Positions 1 to 9,423 of a stretch of 64,000 nucleotides of DNA are shown in pieces; within the stretch, counting starts at the first letter, position 1, and each line of letters begins with the position of its first letter. The DNA is taken from positions 160,001-224,000 of the forward strand of contig CAWJKT010000008.1 in the NCBI GenBank assembly GCA_963843375.1, in the 5' to 3' direction. The notes under the pieces were generated by a model, which had not been told where the DNA came from, made no database searches, and was given only the letters and a program-made list of their open reading frames with translations. The DNA is from an uncultured Pseudomonadota bacterium. Its GTDB lineage: Bacteria; Oederibacteriota; Muellerivitia; Muellerivitales; Muellerivitaceae. The position numbers and the translations under genes were made by a program.

Positions 1-78
1 GAAATCGACCATTTTATTCGGTCCAAAAAACAAAAGTCCAACAGCGAGTATGAGTAGGATTTCTTCGATACGGCCCAT
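1..78 (-). CDS. tatA: Twin-arginine translocase TatA/E subunit, 5' part (runs off window)
   Basis: Manual translation MGRIEEILLILAVGLLFFGPNKMVDF shows a TM helix followed by the FG hinge; GGGAG RBS upstream. Confidence 0.85.
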   Translation of the reverse strand, partial: MGRIEEILLILAVGLLFFGPNKMVDF

Positions 79-182
79 GGCAAGCTCCCTAAAAACTAAG
101 AATTAAGCTTCTATATTAAGGATGCTCTCTTATCCCCGTTTTTTCAATAGGTATTTCACTCTACCCTAAAATTCGTGGTGAT

Positions 183-551
183 TCAGCCGTTATTGGATTT
201 TGAATAGTGCCGGATCAGGCTGGCTATTTGCTCCCGGAAAGCCGACTTAGGCAAAACTAAATCCGCTCCCAGTTCCCTGGCGTCTTGCAAAAGATCAGCC
301 CGGAGACTGTTTCCAAAGGCCACAATGTGAATTTTTCGCGTTGAAGGATTTTCCTTCAACTTTTGAACCAGCGAAGGCCCGTCCAGGGCTGCCAAACCGA
401 TTTCAATGAAAATAACGTCCGGAGTCTCTTCCTGAAGAGCCGCTAAAAGCGTCTCTTCCTCCACTAGGCAAAGACATTCTACCGATTCATTTTCGGCCGC
501 TTTCTCAATCATTTCCTGGGATAAAACTTCTTGAACGACCGCCATAATCAT
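183..551 (-). CDS. Single-domain receiver (CheY-like) protein, atypical
   Basis: PDVIFIE...LDG...LKENPSTRKIHIVAF...ARELGADLVLPK receiver pattern; Glu at the phosphoacceptor position. Confidence 0.75.
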   Translation of the reverse strand: MIMAVVQEVLSQEMIEKAAENESVECLCLVEEETLLAALQEETPDVIFIEIGLAALDGPSLVQKLKENPSTRKIHIVAFGNSLRADLLQDARELGADLVLPKSAFREQIASLIRHYSKSNNG

Positions 552-577
552 CCTGCCACCTTATCGAAATAAAAAGG

Positions 578-773
578 TTATTGCCCATTGGGAAGGGGGA
601 TGAACATCAGCCCGTCATCGAGGAAGCTTTTCTTGGCACCCTTCTGGGCACAGGAAGGGTTTTGACAGCTGTATACCACTTTATAGTTTGTCTTGCCCGC
701 GGCCAACTTCTCCCTTGATGATCTTTCGGGAGATTTCCTTCATCTCATTTCCACAACCCAAACAGAATGCCAA
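578..773 (-). CDS. Small zinc-ribbon protein (~64 aa) split by one extra base
   Basis: GGAGG RBS and TTG start; MAFCLGCGNEMKEISRKII, then after removing one G near 712: KEKLAAGKTNYKVVYSCQNPSCAQKG...PNGQ*; CxxC and CxxxxC motifs. Confidence 0.6.
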
Positions 774-797
774 ATTTTCTCCTCCAAATCCGGAATT

Positions 798-1100
798 TTA
801 CCTCGACCGTTCTTCCGTTTCCTTTTCAATCTCAGCTATCCGCGCCTCCATCAATTGGTCAGCTTGCGTTCTTCCCAAAGGTGCCAGGGCTACGAATTTA
901 GGCTGGTTGAGGACTACCAATTCCTGCTCGCGCATCTTTTCCAGGATGGAGTCCAAACGTTCCTTATCTTCCTTGGGAAAAAGTGCCTTTTGAAAACGGA
1001 TTTCCTTCAAAATGGATTCTGTCATTAAAAATGACGTTTTTCGCTTTTTAAAAACGTAAAGGATGGCGTCCTTAAAAAATTCATACTCATGGTCTGCCAT
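798..1100 (-). CDS. Hypothetical protein, possible winged-helix fold
   Basis: ORF from MADHEYEFF; pattern L..M....LV.......ALAPLGR suggests wHTH. Confidence 0.55.
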   Translation of the reverse strand: MADHEYEFFKDAILYVFKKRKTSFLMTESILKEIRFQKALFPKEDKERLDSILEKMREQELVVLNQPKFVALAPLGRTQADQLMEARIAEIEKETEERSR

Positions 1101-1132
1101 CGGGTGACCTTTCAAAACATCCGAAATCCTAG

Positions 1133-1708
1133 TTATTTGGCCAGGGTTTCCTCGATACGCCGGTCCGGCACTAGCCACATCAAAGCAACTGCCACATACA
1201 AAGCGTAGGCAAGCCAATAGTTCAAAAAACAAAGTAATAAAGCGATGGCATAAATCACAATAGAAATTTTGCCTTTGAAATCGCTTCCCAAGGCCGCGGC
1301 CAAGGTGGAGTTTTGACCTGGGTGAGCCAAGAGAACCCGTACCAGAATATAGTAGGCAACCGCCGAGAAAAAAAGATCAGCCCCGTAGATTGCAACGGGC
1401 CAAGCGGCAAAGCTATCGATCCCAATCCAGCGGGTCGCAAAGGGAATTAGCGAAAGCCAAAACAAAAGGTGCAAGTTCGCCCACAGGGTAGGGCCGTTGA
1501 TTGTCTTGACGGCCTGCATCAAATGATGATGATTGCTCCAGTAGATCCCTATGAATATAAAACTTAGGGCGTAGCTGACAAAATCGGGTATCAGGGGTTT
1601 CAAATCGGCCAAACCCGTTCCGTTGGGCACTTTCAGTTCCAGGACCATGATGGTAATGATGATGGCCATAACCCCATCACTGAAAGCCTCCAACCGTCCC
1701 TTGTTCAT
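1133..1708 (-). CDS. TMEM175-family potassium channel
   Basis: RLEAFSDGVMAIIITIMVLELKVP and YWSNHH signatures; 6 TM segments. Confidence 0.92.
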   Translation of the reverse strand: MNKGRLEAFSDGVMAIIITIMVLELKVPNGTGLADLKPLIPDFVSYALSFIFIGIYWSNHHHLMQAVKTINGPTLWANLHLLFWLSLIPFATRWIGIDSFAAWPVAIYGADLFFSAVAYYILVRVLLAHPGQNSTLAAALGSDFKGKISIVIYAIALLLCFLNYWLAYALYVAVALMWLVPDRRIEETLAK

Positions 1709-1754
1709 GAAAGTCCTTTTTTTAAATCATTATAGCGAAATGCAAATTCTGTCT

Positions 1755-2714
1755 TTATATACCTGGCGGGAACAAAACCAAGACCACCGTGCCCAAGGCG
1801 GCGAGTGCTCCCACCAACCCGAAGATGAGATCCGATCTTCTATTTCCCTGCCTTTCCCACTGGGCCTTACATAGAAAACCTAATAGTGCTCCGCAGGCAA
1901 AGCCTGAACCGTGGGCCGCATTATCCGCTCCGACTACAAATCCAAAGGCCATAGTGTAAAGACCCCACATCACCATCTGATTGCGGACAGATTTACCCAT
2001 CCGGGTCCCATCCCGTTGTCCCCAGCCCGCTGCCAGACCGATCAGTCCCATTAGAGACCCGGAAGCCCCTATCCCCACTCCCCTTAAACCCAATAGCTCG
2101 CTTCCCAAGCCCGCCACAATTCCGGTCAACATGAAAAAGAACAACATCCGCCCCCGACCGAAGACCTGCTCAATTTGGGGACCAATTTGCTGGAGGGCGA
2201 TCAGGTTGAACAGGATATGAATTAAGTTCGCATGAAGAAAAATGTAGGTTGAAAGCCGCCACCATTCCCCTTCCCTGACTGCTGGAGGGAAATTGCCCCC
2301 AAAATGGATAAGCGTATCTCCTTCTAGGTTCAAGAAGCCTAGACCGCCTTGGGCGATCGCGACACGCAAATAACAGAGGATGATTCCCGCGCTGAGCAGG
2401 GAACTGACTGAAGCCGGATGAAAACCAACGATGCCCAAACGCCCTAAAACTTCCAAGAACCGGGGGACCATGGCCATGCCGCAGTTGGGACAAATCTTAT
2501 TAGTCCTATCTTGGAGGGTATGACAATGGGGGCAAATTCGATGCTGGTAAGCACTAGGTTGGTTTGTGACCCGGCTCCGGTTTCGAGGGTTCGACCACCT
2601 TTCCTTAAAGTTCATCAGTTTCCACCGGATCTTGACGGGATTCAGGCCCAATAAACCTCCGATTCGGGCGAGTCGGTCTATCCAATCTTTTGGGTTTTCG
2701 GCAGGGTCTGACAT
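1755..2714 (-). CDS. Rhomboid intramembrane serine protease with N-terminal zinc ribbon
   Basis: WWRL, FLHANLIHILFN, GASG and AAHGSG motifs; CPHC...CPNC. Confidence 0.9.
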   Translation of the reverse strand: MSDPAENPKDWIDRLARIGGLLGLNPVKIRWKLMNFKERWSNPRNRSRVTNQPSAYQHRICPHCHTLQDRTNKICPNCGMAMVPRFLEVLGRLGIVGFHPASVSSLLSAGIILCYLRVAIAQGGLGFLNLEGDTLIHFGGNFPPAVREGEWWRLSTYIFLHANLIHILFNLIALQQIGPQIEQVFGRGRMLFFFMLTGIVAGLGSELLGLRGVGIGASGSLMGLIGLAAGWGQRDGTRMGKSVRNQMVMWGLYTMAFGFVVGADNAAHGSGFACGALLGFLCKAQWERQGNRRSDLIFGLVGALAALGTVVLVLFPPGI

Positions 2715-2892
2715 AGTACCCCCATCATAAGGGAGACCGGGGCCTTGGGATACCGGACTTGGATGGAATTTCCCGGTCTTGCCCAGTTGTTATCTAAAAC
2801 TATTTTGTTTTCCTCTCTATTGACTTCTGAAGCGCTTCTTAACAATGATCCTGAATAACAGTATAGATATTCCATTGGTTGGAGGGCTCACC

Positions 2893-3669
2893 ATGAAATT
2901 GACAGGGCACACCGTTTTAGTAACTGGCGGCGGGTCGGGTATCGGCGGAGGGTTGGCGAAGGCTTTTCACGAACAGGGCAACAAGGTGATCATCACAGGA
3001 CGGAAGGAACAAAAATTAAAGGATTTTGCCGCCCATTATCCGGGTATGGAAGCTTTTACAATGGATGTGGCCAAAGACACGGATGTAAAAAGGCTTTTCA
3101 CGGTGATCAGCGAAAAGTTTCCCACTCTGGATGTGCTGGTGAACAACGCAGGGGTTATGAGGTGGAAGGATTTTACCAAGCCGGAAAACTTGGGTCAGGA
3201 CCTCTTTGAGGAAATCGACATCAACTTAAAGGGCCTCATCCACATGACGGCCATCTTCCTTCCCTTACTCTTAAAACAAAAGGATTCCACCCTAATCAAT
3301 ATCAGCTCGGGTTTGGCTTATATGCCATTAGCTGGCTCCCCTATTTATTGTGCCACTAAGGCGGCAATCCATTCCTATTCCATGTCCCTGCGCCATCAAT
3401 TGCGGGACACCTCGGTTAGGGTCATCGAAATCGCTCCACCAGCCGTTGAAACCGATCTGGGGAAGGCGCCAGGAGTTCCAGAAATCAAATACCCCAAACT
3501 GGGACTGGAGCCGTTTATGATCCAAACAATGAAGGCCCTGGAATCGGACGGGACGGAACTGCCTATTGGCCAAGCAAAAATGCTGCGTTTCGGCAGCCGT
3601 TTATTACCTTCGGTTTTTTTCAACCTGCTCAACCCAGCCAAAGGTCCCAGGGCCGGAACCCCAAGTTGA
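2893..3669 (+). CDS. SDR family oxidoreductase (DltE-like)
   Basis: TGGGSGIG, NNAG and YCATK motifs; GGAGG RBS before ATG 2893. Confidence 0.92.
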   Translation: MKLTGHTVLVTGGGSGIGGGLAKAFHEQGNKVIITGRKEQKLKDFAAHYPGMEAFTMDVAKDTDVKRLFTVISEKFPTLDVLVNNAGVMRWKDFTKPENLGQDLFEEIDINLKGLIHMTAIFLPLLLKQKDSTLINISSGLAYMPLAGSPIYCATKAAIHSYSMSLRHQLRDTSVRVIEIAPPAVETDLGKAPGVPEIKYPKLGLEPFMIQTMKALESDGTELPIGQAKMLRFGSRLLPSVFFNLLNPAKGPRAGTPS

Positions 3670-3863
3670 GGCCTATGTCCGGGTATACTGCCACCAGCCG
3701 TGATCCTACGAGTTCTTATGTCCAAACCCCAAGCTCGCCCCCCCCCGCTTTAGTTGTTCTGGATTAATTATTTAATAAAAATCCGTAACCGAGCGGCAGG
3801 GTTTGTGGAGCAAAAGTTATAAAGTGCCATAACCCCAGGTTTTCGGTAGTTTTGGTTCCAAAC

Positions 3864-4100
3864 TCACCCCTTGGGCGGAAGGGACATGAAGCTTTTCGCT
3901 TTTTGATACTCTGCGTCGAATTCCTCGATCAATTCAGGATAAACGACGACTCTTTCCGTCCTGGATTTTTCGTTTTTAATTCGAACGTCCTCAATCAATA
4001 AATAGCGCCCCGACCTGGGAGAATCTTTGACGGTGAACCGATATTCCCCGCTTTTCACTTTGATCGCCGACTCATATACCGTCTTGTTTTCCGAATCCAT
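3864..4100 (-). CDS. PUR-repeat (DUF3276/Pur-alpha-like) single-stranded nucleic-acid-binding protein
   Basis: VYESAIKVKSGEYRFTVK...RYLLIED...VVVYPELIEEF matches the PUR-repeat pattern. Confidence 0.7.
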   Translation of the reverse strand: MDSENKTVYESAIKVKSGEYRFTVKDSPRSGRYLLIEDVRIKNEKSRTERVVVYPELIEEFDAEYQKAKSFMSLPPKG

Positions 4101-4166
4101 GCCCCCCCCCTGAGATGATGCGGCATCAGTTCACCCGGAATCGGACAAAAGCGAAGCCTCTTTTTT

Positions 4167-4325
4167 TTATACTTTATTTGTTTCAGGCGCCTTTTTTACA
4201 ACAGCGGCCATTTTTGCCATGGCTTCCACCAGGGCGGATCCATTCAAATGGCGGGTCTTTTTTCGTTGAATCCTTTTCACCGAAAATTCCGTCTTGGCCT
4301 TCTTGGGCCCTTTTTGCTTTGTCAT
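4167..4325 (-). CDS. Small basic protein (52 aa), absent from the ORF track
   Basis: GGGAG RBS; MTKQKGPKKAKTEFSVKRIQRKKTRHLNGSALVEAMAKMAAVVKKAPETNKV*. Confidence 0.5.
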   Translation of the reverse strand: MTKQKGPKKAKTEFSVKRIQRKKTRHLNGSALVEAMAKMAAVVKKAPETNKV

Positions 4326-4531
4326 ATCCAACTCCCAGAAACAAGTTTAAGTAACAAGCCATCCTAGAAGGTTCAACCTCTAATAGATACCTGAGTGGAA
4401 AATATAGTTCGCCTATCGTCACCCCATTGACAATCGCTGATCTTTTATCGAGCAGTGACCCAAGTGAAGGAAAAGAACCAAAGGAATTTGCGGGTAAAGG
4501 GATGGCTCCATTTCGGCCTGGCGCCAATTTC

Positions 4532-5341
4532 CTATCGTTTGATGAGGTCAAACAAACTCAACATTTGATACCCGGCGGGAGGATCAAAAGTAGTTGGGCT
4601 GAAGCTCCGGGCGCGGACCCGGAGGATTTGAAACCGGCTGGACGGCTTTCCTCTCGTGTAAAGGACTGCCAGAATCGGTATTTGGGAATTCGAAAGCCTC
4701 TCCTGAAAATCTGTTGAATCCACCCCCCATTGGGCCAGTCCCCCCCCGCAAACATCTACAATCAGGTGGATCAAACTGCGCAAGGTACTATAGTCTTCCT
4801 CGCTCATGCCTATTTTTTCAGTAGAAGTCACCCATACTTCCCTGGCTTTTTTCCCGTCCAAATCGGTGCGATACTCATCGCAAGTAAAACCCCTTTTCTG
4901 GATTCCTTGTCCTTTTAAAATCGGTACACCATTAAAAAAAGCCCTGGCGTTTTCTTCTGTTAGTTCAAAAGCCTTCTGGGCGCTTTCATTCGATCCCATA
5001 ATTTCCCTCTGGAGTCTGTCGGCGGCGGCGGTTCCGAACAATTTGAGAGCAACCTGATTGTCCTGGGTAAGTGTCAAAATGGTTTTGTGGAGATCGTCCA
5101 CCACAGTCACCAGGGAGGTTTCCCGATCATAAATCAGGGACCCGTGGGACCATGGCCCCCGGAAATCAAACCTGAGTTGTCCGTCACCAATGGCGGTCTC
5201 CACATCTACCCAAGCATCCTTATAGATGTAACTTTCGAGGTGGGCTCTCAAGCCGATCCCCGCCCAAAGAGGTGCTGTCCAGCCGCAGAGCAGAAGAACA
5301 AACGGGGTTATTCCTAAGGTTTTATTCACGGGCGCCATCAT
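4532..5341 (-). CDS. Secreted protein, DUF4412-like
   Basis: Signal peptide; GFTCDEY, REVWVT and FDPPAGYQ motifs. Confidence 0.65.
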   Translation of the reverse strand: MMAPVNKTLGITPFVLLLCGWTAPLWAGIGLRAHLESYIYKDAWVDVETAIGDGQLRFDFRGPWSHGSLIYDRETSLVTVVDDLHKTILTLTQDNQVALKLFGTAAADRLQREIMGSNESAQKAFELTEENARAFFNGVPILKGQGIQKRGFTCDEYRTDLDGKKAREVWVTSTEKIGMSEEDYSTLRSLIHLIVDVCGGGLAQWGVDSTDFQERLSNSQIPILAVLYTRGKPSSRFQILRVRARSFSPTTFDPPAGYQMLSLFDLIKR

Positions 5342-5490
5342 AATGGTGTCCAGAAAGAAGGATCAAGGGATTCATGGTGGTTCCTACAAAACTGTAATCC
5401 GACTTTCATTTTTACCCGATCCTTTCTACGCCCATCCCCCTAAATTTTTAGAGAAAAAGCCGGTCCCGGCTTTTTCAACCCGTTCCAAAG

Positions 5491-5507
5491 TTGGTATGAC
5501 TGTTGCT
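5491..5507 (+). promoter_or_regulatory. Sigma54 (-24/-12) promoter
   Basis: TTGGTATG-ACTG-TTGCT matches TGGYAYR-N4-TTGCW with exact GG-N10-GC spacing. Confidence 0.7.
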
Positions 5508-5570
5508 TTATAAATAGAAGTCGTAAATGAATTGGAAAAACCGGGGTAAAAAATCAGGCGCTTGACGGGT

Positions 5571-5665
5571 GAAGCGGTGAGCGCGGTTAAAACGCTATCA
5601 ACTCATTTTATAAAAATAATTATTAAGAACTGTTGATTCATGCGTGCAACCGCGTTCATCGCTTT
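5571..5665 (+). ncRNA. Long RNA hairpin, probable 5' leader element
   Basis: 18 contiguous pairs (5571-5588 with 5648-5665) including 3 G-U pairs; inner stems ACGC/GCGT and ATCAAC/GTTGAT. Confidence 0.6.
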
Positions 5666-5699
5666 TTCAATCAATGAACTGCCGACAGGAGGTAGAAAA

Positions 5700-5819
5700 A
5701 TGAAAAGTTCTTACTGGAATTCATGGACGGGTTTTTTAACCCAAATGATTTCTTTCGGGGTTATTGGCATTCTTATCGCCTTATTGGTGAAAAATCTTCA
5801 GAATATTCTGGGCGGTTGA
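5700..5819 (+). CDS. Small membrane peptide (39 aa), absent from the ORF track
   Basis: AGGAGG RBS; MKSSYWNSWTGFLTQMISFGVIGILIALLVKNLQNILGG*; one TM helix. Confidence 0.7.
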   Translation: MKSSYWNSWTGFLTQMISFGVIGILIALLVKNLQNILGG

Positions 5820-5841
5820 AATTAGTGGAAAACATTTACCG

Positions 5842-6087
5842 TTACTTAAAAAATCTATTCGAGTTGAGACACTCTTTTCCGATCAGACGCCTGATTTGGT
5901 CCTTGGAAACCCGTTTGCAATGGTCCATGGAATCCTTTTTAAGGACAATCCGATCCGACAAGTAAGTTGACTTATTCCTCAGAGATGGGTGGAACCAGAC
6001 CACCTTAAGGAAATCAGCGGAATGTAAAAAGCTGGTTAGAATTCTACTCTGCCCAACTTTTGGTTCCATTGGCCGCAAAATAGGCAA
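5842..6087 (-). CDS. Hypothetical protein
   Basis: 81-aa ORF with GAGG RBS and TTG start; no recognisable motif. Confidence 0.35.
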   Translation of the reverse strand: MPILRPMEPKVGQSRILTSFLHSADFLKVVWFHPSLRNKSTYLSDRIVLKKDSMDHCKRVSKDQIRRLIGKECLNSNRFFK

Positions 6088-6223
6088 TACCTCACCTTGT
6101 TATCTGAGCCTCGGCAATCTCTTCCTTATTCTTGAAATATTCCCTTTTGATTCACGGTTCACTAAAATAAATACAGGAATCAACTCGATTTTCGATCATT
6201 GTTGCTGTTTGGCAGGAGGGGTC

Positions 6224-6682
6224 ATGTCCTCAGGGGATGCTTCGGAAAAATTTTTGGATGATATTCACCGCCTACGGGAATGCCTGGAGGGAACATTTTT
6301 TCTCGATCGTTTGAAAATGCCGGAGTTGGAAAAGCTCATGTCCGCCATGAAGAAACAACATTTTCCCGCAGGGTCCACTATCTTCAAGCAGGGGGATAAA
6401 GGGGAGACATTTTACCTAGTTTCCAAGGGCTTGCTTTCTTTCTGGGTCCGCAAAGGGCTGGTGGACAAAAAAGTCACCGAACTTCATCCCAAGGATTTCT
6501 TCGGTGAAACGGCCCTCATCAGCGAGAACCCGCGCTCAGCCACCGTGAAAACCGAAACCGAATGCGACCTGTTTCTTTTAAACAAAGCAGATTTTAGAGA
6601 AATCTTGATGGCCAACCTTTGGATCGCCGAGGAAATTCGATCCCACATGGCCCAAAAAAACCGAATCAAGAAAAAATCGTAG
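6224..6682 (+). CDS. Stand-alone cyclic-nucleotide-binding domain protein
   Basis: IFKQGDKGETFYLV..G and FFGETALISENPRSATV; AGGAGG RBS. Confidence 0.9.
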   Translation: MSSGDASEKFLDDIHRLRECLEGTFFLDRLKMPELEKLMSAMKKQHFPAGSTIFKQGDKGETFYLVSKGLLSFWVRKGLVDKKVTELHPKDFFGETALISENPRSATVKTETECDLFLLNKADFREILMANLWIAEEIRSHMAQKNRIKKKS

Positions 6683-6937
6683 ACCCCGGTCCATTGATGG
6701 TGAGCGTTCCCGCGACTTAGCCGTTTAATCCGATTGTCCTGTTTTCATTTAAAATCCCCCTGTAAGGTCGAATCATAAAACTCTTACCACTTTATACCGT
6801 CCCTTCATCCACCTGAAAGGGGGGAAGCTTTTAACGTGAAATGATAATTCCGCAACTTTATTCAAATTGCCCGCAAATTCAATCCCGGTTGTGTTAAATT
6901 CCCTAAGTTGCTTTCAGGAATTCAGAAAGGCAGACTC

Positions 6938-7219
6938 ATGAACTCTTGGGAAATTGTGGCCGAACAGGAAAAAGCCTTTTCAGGATCACAATATCGACTG
7001 GTACTGTTGCGCAGTCAAAAATCAACCGAACCCTACAAAGTTTATGGACTTGAAAGAGTGTCTTCTTTTTGGGATTTAGTGGACAAGTTTTACATCGCTG
7101 GATCGAATGGCACCGAGGAATTGGATTGGGTTTTCGAACAAGCCTGGCCTCTTTTCAACACCCGCAGGTCGGAATTGGGACACTTGAATTTATATAATTT
7201 CCCACAAACCAACTCATAA
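6938..7219 (+). CDS. Hypothetical protein (93 aa), paralog of 9917-10198
   Basis: Ungapped alignment to 9917-10198, 53/93 identities by hand count. Confidence 0.8.
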   Translation: MNSWEIVAEQEKAFSGSQYRLVLLRSQKSTEPYKVYGLERVSSFWDLVDKFYIAGSNGTEELDWVFEQAWPLFNTRRSELGHLNLYNFPQTNS

Positions 7220-7302
7220 AAAACCTGTCAAAATCCTCAATTAGGCCAAAAAGTCATCATCGATTCTTCACCAAACCCTTTTTAGTTTTATTCCTATATT
7301 CT

Positions 7303-7536
7303 TCAAACCAACTTGTCAAAATGTGGAGGATTTTCCAAAAGCGGCGGTTCGGTGGTATCAGAGGAATGGGTTTGAGAGGTGGATTCTGATTCCCTCAGCT
7401 CCTTTTGGCTTTGAAGGAGCTCGTTGTATTGTTCCCGGGATCGCCGGCCAAAACGGCGTCGGCGGGGCACCACGATTTCAGGGCCCACCAAGGGGGAAAT
7501 CGAATCAACGGGTGGAAAAGTATCTTCAAATGGCAT
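7303..7536 (-). CDS. Hypothetical protein
   Basis: 77-aa ORF with GAGG RBS; low-complexity, basic central patch. Confidence 0.5.
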   Translation of the reverse strand: MPFEDTFPPVDSISPLVGPEIVVPRRRRFGRRSREQYNELLQSQKELRESESTSQTHSSDTTEPPLLENPPHFDKLV

Positions 7537-7715
7537 AAAAAAACCTCAACCCATCCTACCTTAAACCTTAAGATTTTTCCAAGCGGTTGGAATCTCCCGA
7601 AAGACAACGATCTTCCGGGGAACGGTCAGGGTTTTAAACCAAAGCTTTAACCGAGCCGGCTCCGGTTTAATTCGAAAAGTTTTCTCAACCCTTTTCGGGC
7701 TCTTCCTGTCACCTT

Positions 7716-8793
7716 TCAGCGGATGGGAAAATCCTGCCCTCCATAAGGTGAAGGCATCTCGGGAGTTGGAGTCGGTTCAACATAGGGCGGCTTGAAGGTT
7801 TTCAATGGCATCAGACGAACCACCCAGTTGTTGTTAACGTCCGTCAGATAAATCCGGTTCAGCCGGTCGCTGGAGATTCCGCGAAACCGGGCCCCGTTTT
7901 TCAACCCCGCCCAATGGCTGCCGGCTTTCCACCGGCCCAAATACTCGAAGTAGCCGTCCTCCCCGTTGTAAAAATCCACTCGGTCTCCGTCGGCGATAAC
8001 CAACAGGCGCGACCGGGTGACGGCGGCCCCCGCAGGCTCCTTGAATTGGTAGGGGCCCTCCCCATACCAACCCTGTTGTGTGACGGGAACGGCATCGTTG
8101 TTGTAAACCTCGAATCGAAAATTGCCCGTATCGGCGACGATGGCCTGGTCGATATGATTGACCACCATACCCATAGGATTATTGAGGAGGTAAGCGTCGG
8201 TACCGTAGGAACCCCAAACGGACATGAAGGCACCTAAAGCGCTGAAAATCTGGACACGTGAGTTTCCCGAATCCAAAACCCAAATGTTCCCAAAATGGTC
8301 CCGGGCCACGGTTCGGGGCTCATTGAATTGGCCGTTATCCTGGCCCTGGCTTCCCCAGCAGGTCACCACCATCCCCTTCGCGTCCAGGACTACGACCCTT
8401 TGGTTGAGGGTGTCCCCCACGTAAATCTCCCCCGAGGGATGGGCGAGGATTCCAGCGGGCTGGTTGAACTCGGGGGGATTTTGCCAATCGGCCCTGGTAC
8501 CAAAGGTTCCAATATTTTGGGTGGAACCGCCTTCTGGATCCCAAATGACGATTCGGTTATTGCCCGTATCCGGCGATATAGATCTTGCCGTCCCGCCCCG
8601 CCGAAAGGGCTTCCGGATCCTTAAGTTGGGGGCTGCCCGTCTCGTCCCCTTTCCATATTTTGTCCAGCGTATAAAAAGGGTTTTTAATGGGAACAGGGGT
8701 GGCGGGCATAGTCATTTGGGTCCAACCCAAGGCAGGCGTTAAAAGGACAACCGCTACCGTAAGGCGCAAAAAGAATCCAAAATATTTAGCCAT
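7716..8793 (-). CDS. Secreted NHL-repeat beta-propeller protein (one frameshift near 8570)
   Basis: Signal peptide MAKYFGFF; repeats such as GQFNEPRTVARDHFGNIWVLDSGNSRVQIF; reading frame restores to IYIADTGNNRIVIW. Confidence 0.85.
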
Positions 8794-8866
8794 GGCCAAG
8801 CCTTTCGACGAACTGGATCCCAGGTTGAATTGTAGCAGGCTCGGGAACCCCCAGACATATCCCAGT

Positions 8867-9280
8867 TTACTTCTTTTTCGTGTTTTTTCCCCGGCGGCCC
8901 TGTGCGAATTCCACCAAATAACCATCCGGATCAAAGGCAGTCGCGGAACGCTCCCAAGGTTCATCGTGGGGCGGAGCGTGAAACGAAACCCCTTTTGCAC
9001 GCAATTCTTTGTAGAGGCCGTCCAAGTCATCTGTACTGAGTTCGACATGAATAGCCCTCTTTTGCTTAACAGTGGTTGGGGCCACCCCTTCTTTTTTCGC
9101 TTCGCTCAAAGCTAGCAAGCCGATGGTGCCCCCTGAGGAACCGCCGATTCGAACCATTGCGAAATAAGGAACCGCGTTCACCTCGCATCGGAACCCTAAC
9201 TTTTTCGTGTAAAAATCCATCGAACGTTTGACATCTTTGACCGTCAGGGTGAATCCTTCCAACCACATCTTTGTTTTCAA
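8867..9280 (-). CDS. VOC/glyoxalase family protein
   Basis: LTVKDVKRSMDFYTKKLGF and PHDEPWERSATAFDPDGYLVEF; AAGGAG RBS with TTG start. Confidence 0.9.
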   Translation of the reverse strand: MKTKMWLEGFTLTVKDVKRSMDFYTKKLGFRCEVNAVPYFAMVRIGGSSGGTIGLLALSEAKKEGVAPTTVKQKRAIHVELSTDDLDGLYKELRAKGVSFHAPPHDEPWERSATAFDPDGYLVEFAQGRRGKNTKKK

Positions 9281-9423
9281 GGTCTGCTCCTTTTTAAGCT
9301 CGGATTCATGCTGGATTTCTCCCAATTTACCAAGAAACCAAGGGGTCCCGTTAACTTTTAAGTCCGAGATACCTTTCGAAAATGTTATTTAGAGACACCA
9401 AACTTTATTTGAACCGATCGAAA

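Noticed and set aside
2731..2784. Inverted repeat GAGACCGGG/CCCGGTCTT between divergent genes
   Set aside because: Short stem with a 30-nt loop; insufficient support for a function
4183..4551. 122-aa minus-strand ORF
   Set aside because: No motif or RBS; the overlapping 52-aa ORF in another frame has a better RBS
5510..5690. 6S RNA
   Set aside because: No closing stem and central bubble architecture; an RBS and ORF follow directly
5700..5819. Flp/type IV pilin identity for the sigma54-linked peptide
   Set aside because: No prepilin cleavage Gly followed by Glu at +5
6826..6843. parS-like TTTTAACGTGAAAT
   Set aside because: Too many mismatches to TGTTTCACGTGAAACA; no convincing parS seen near parAB either
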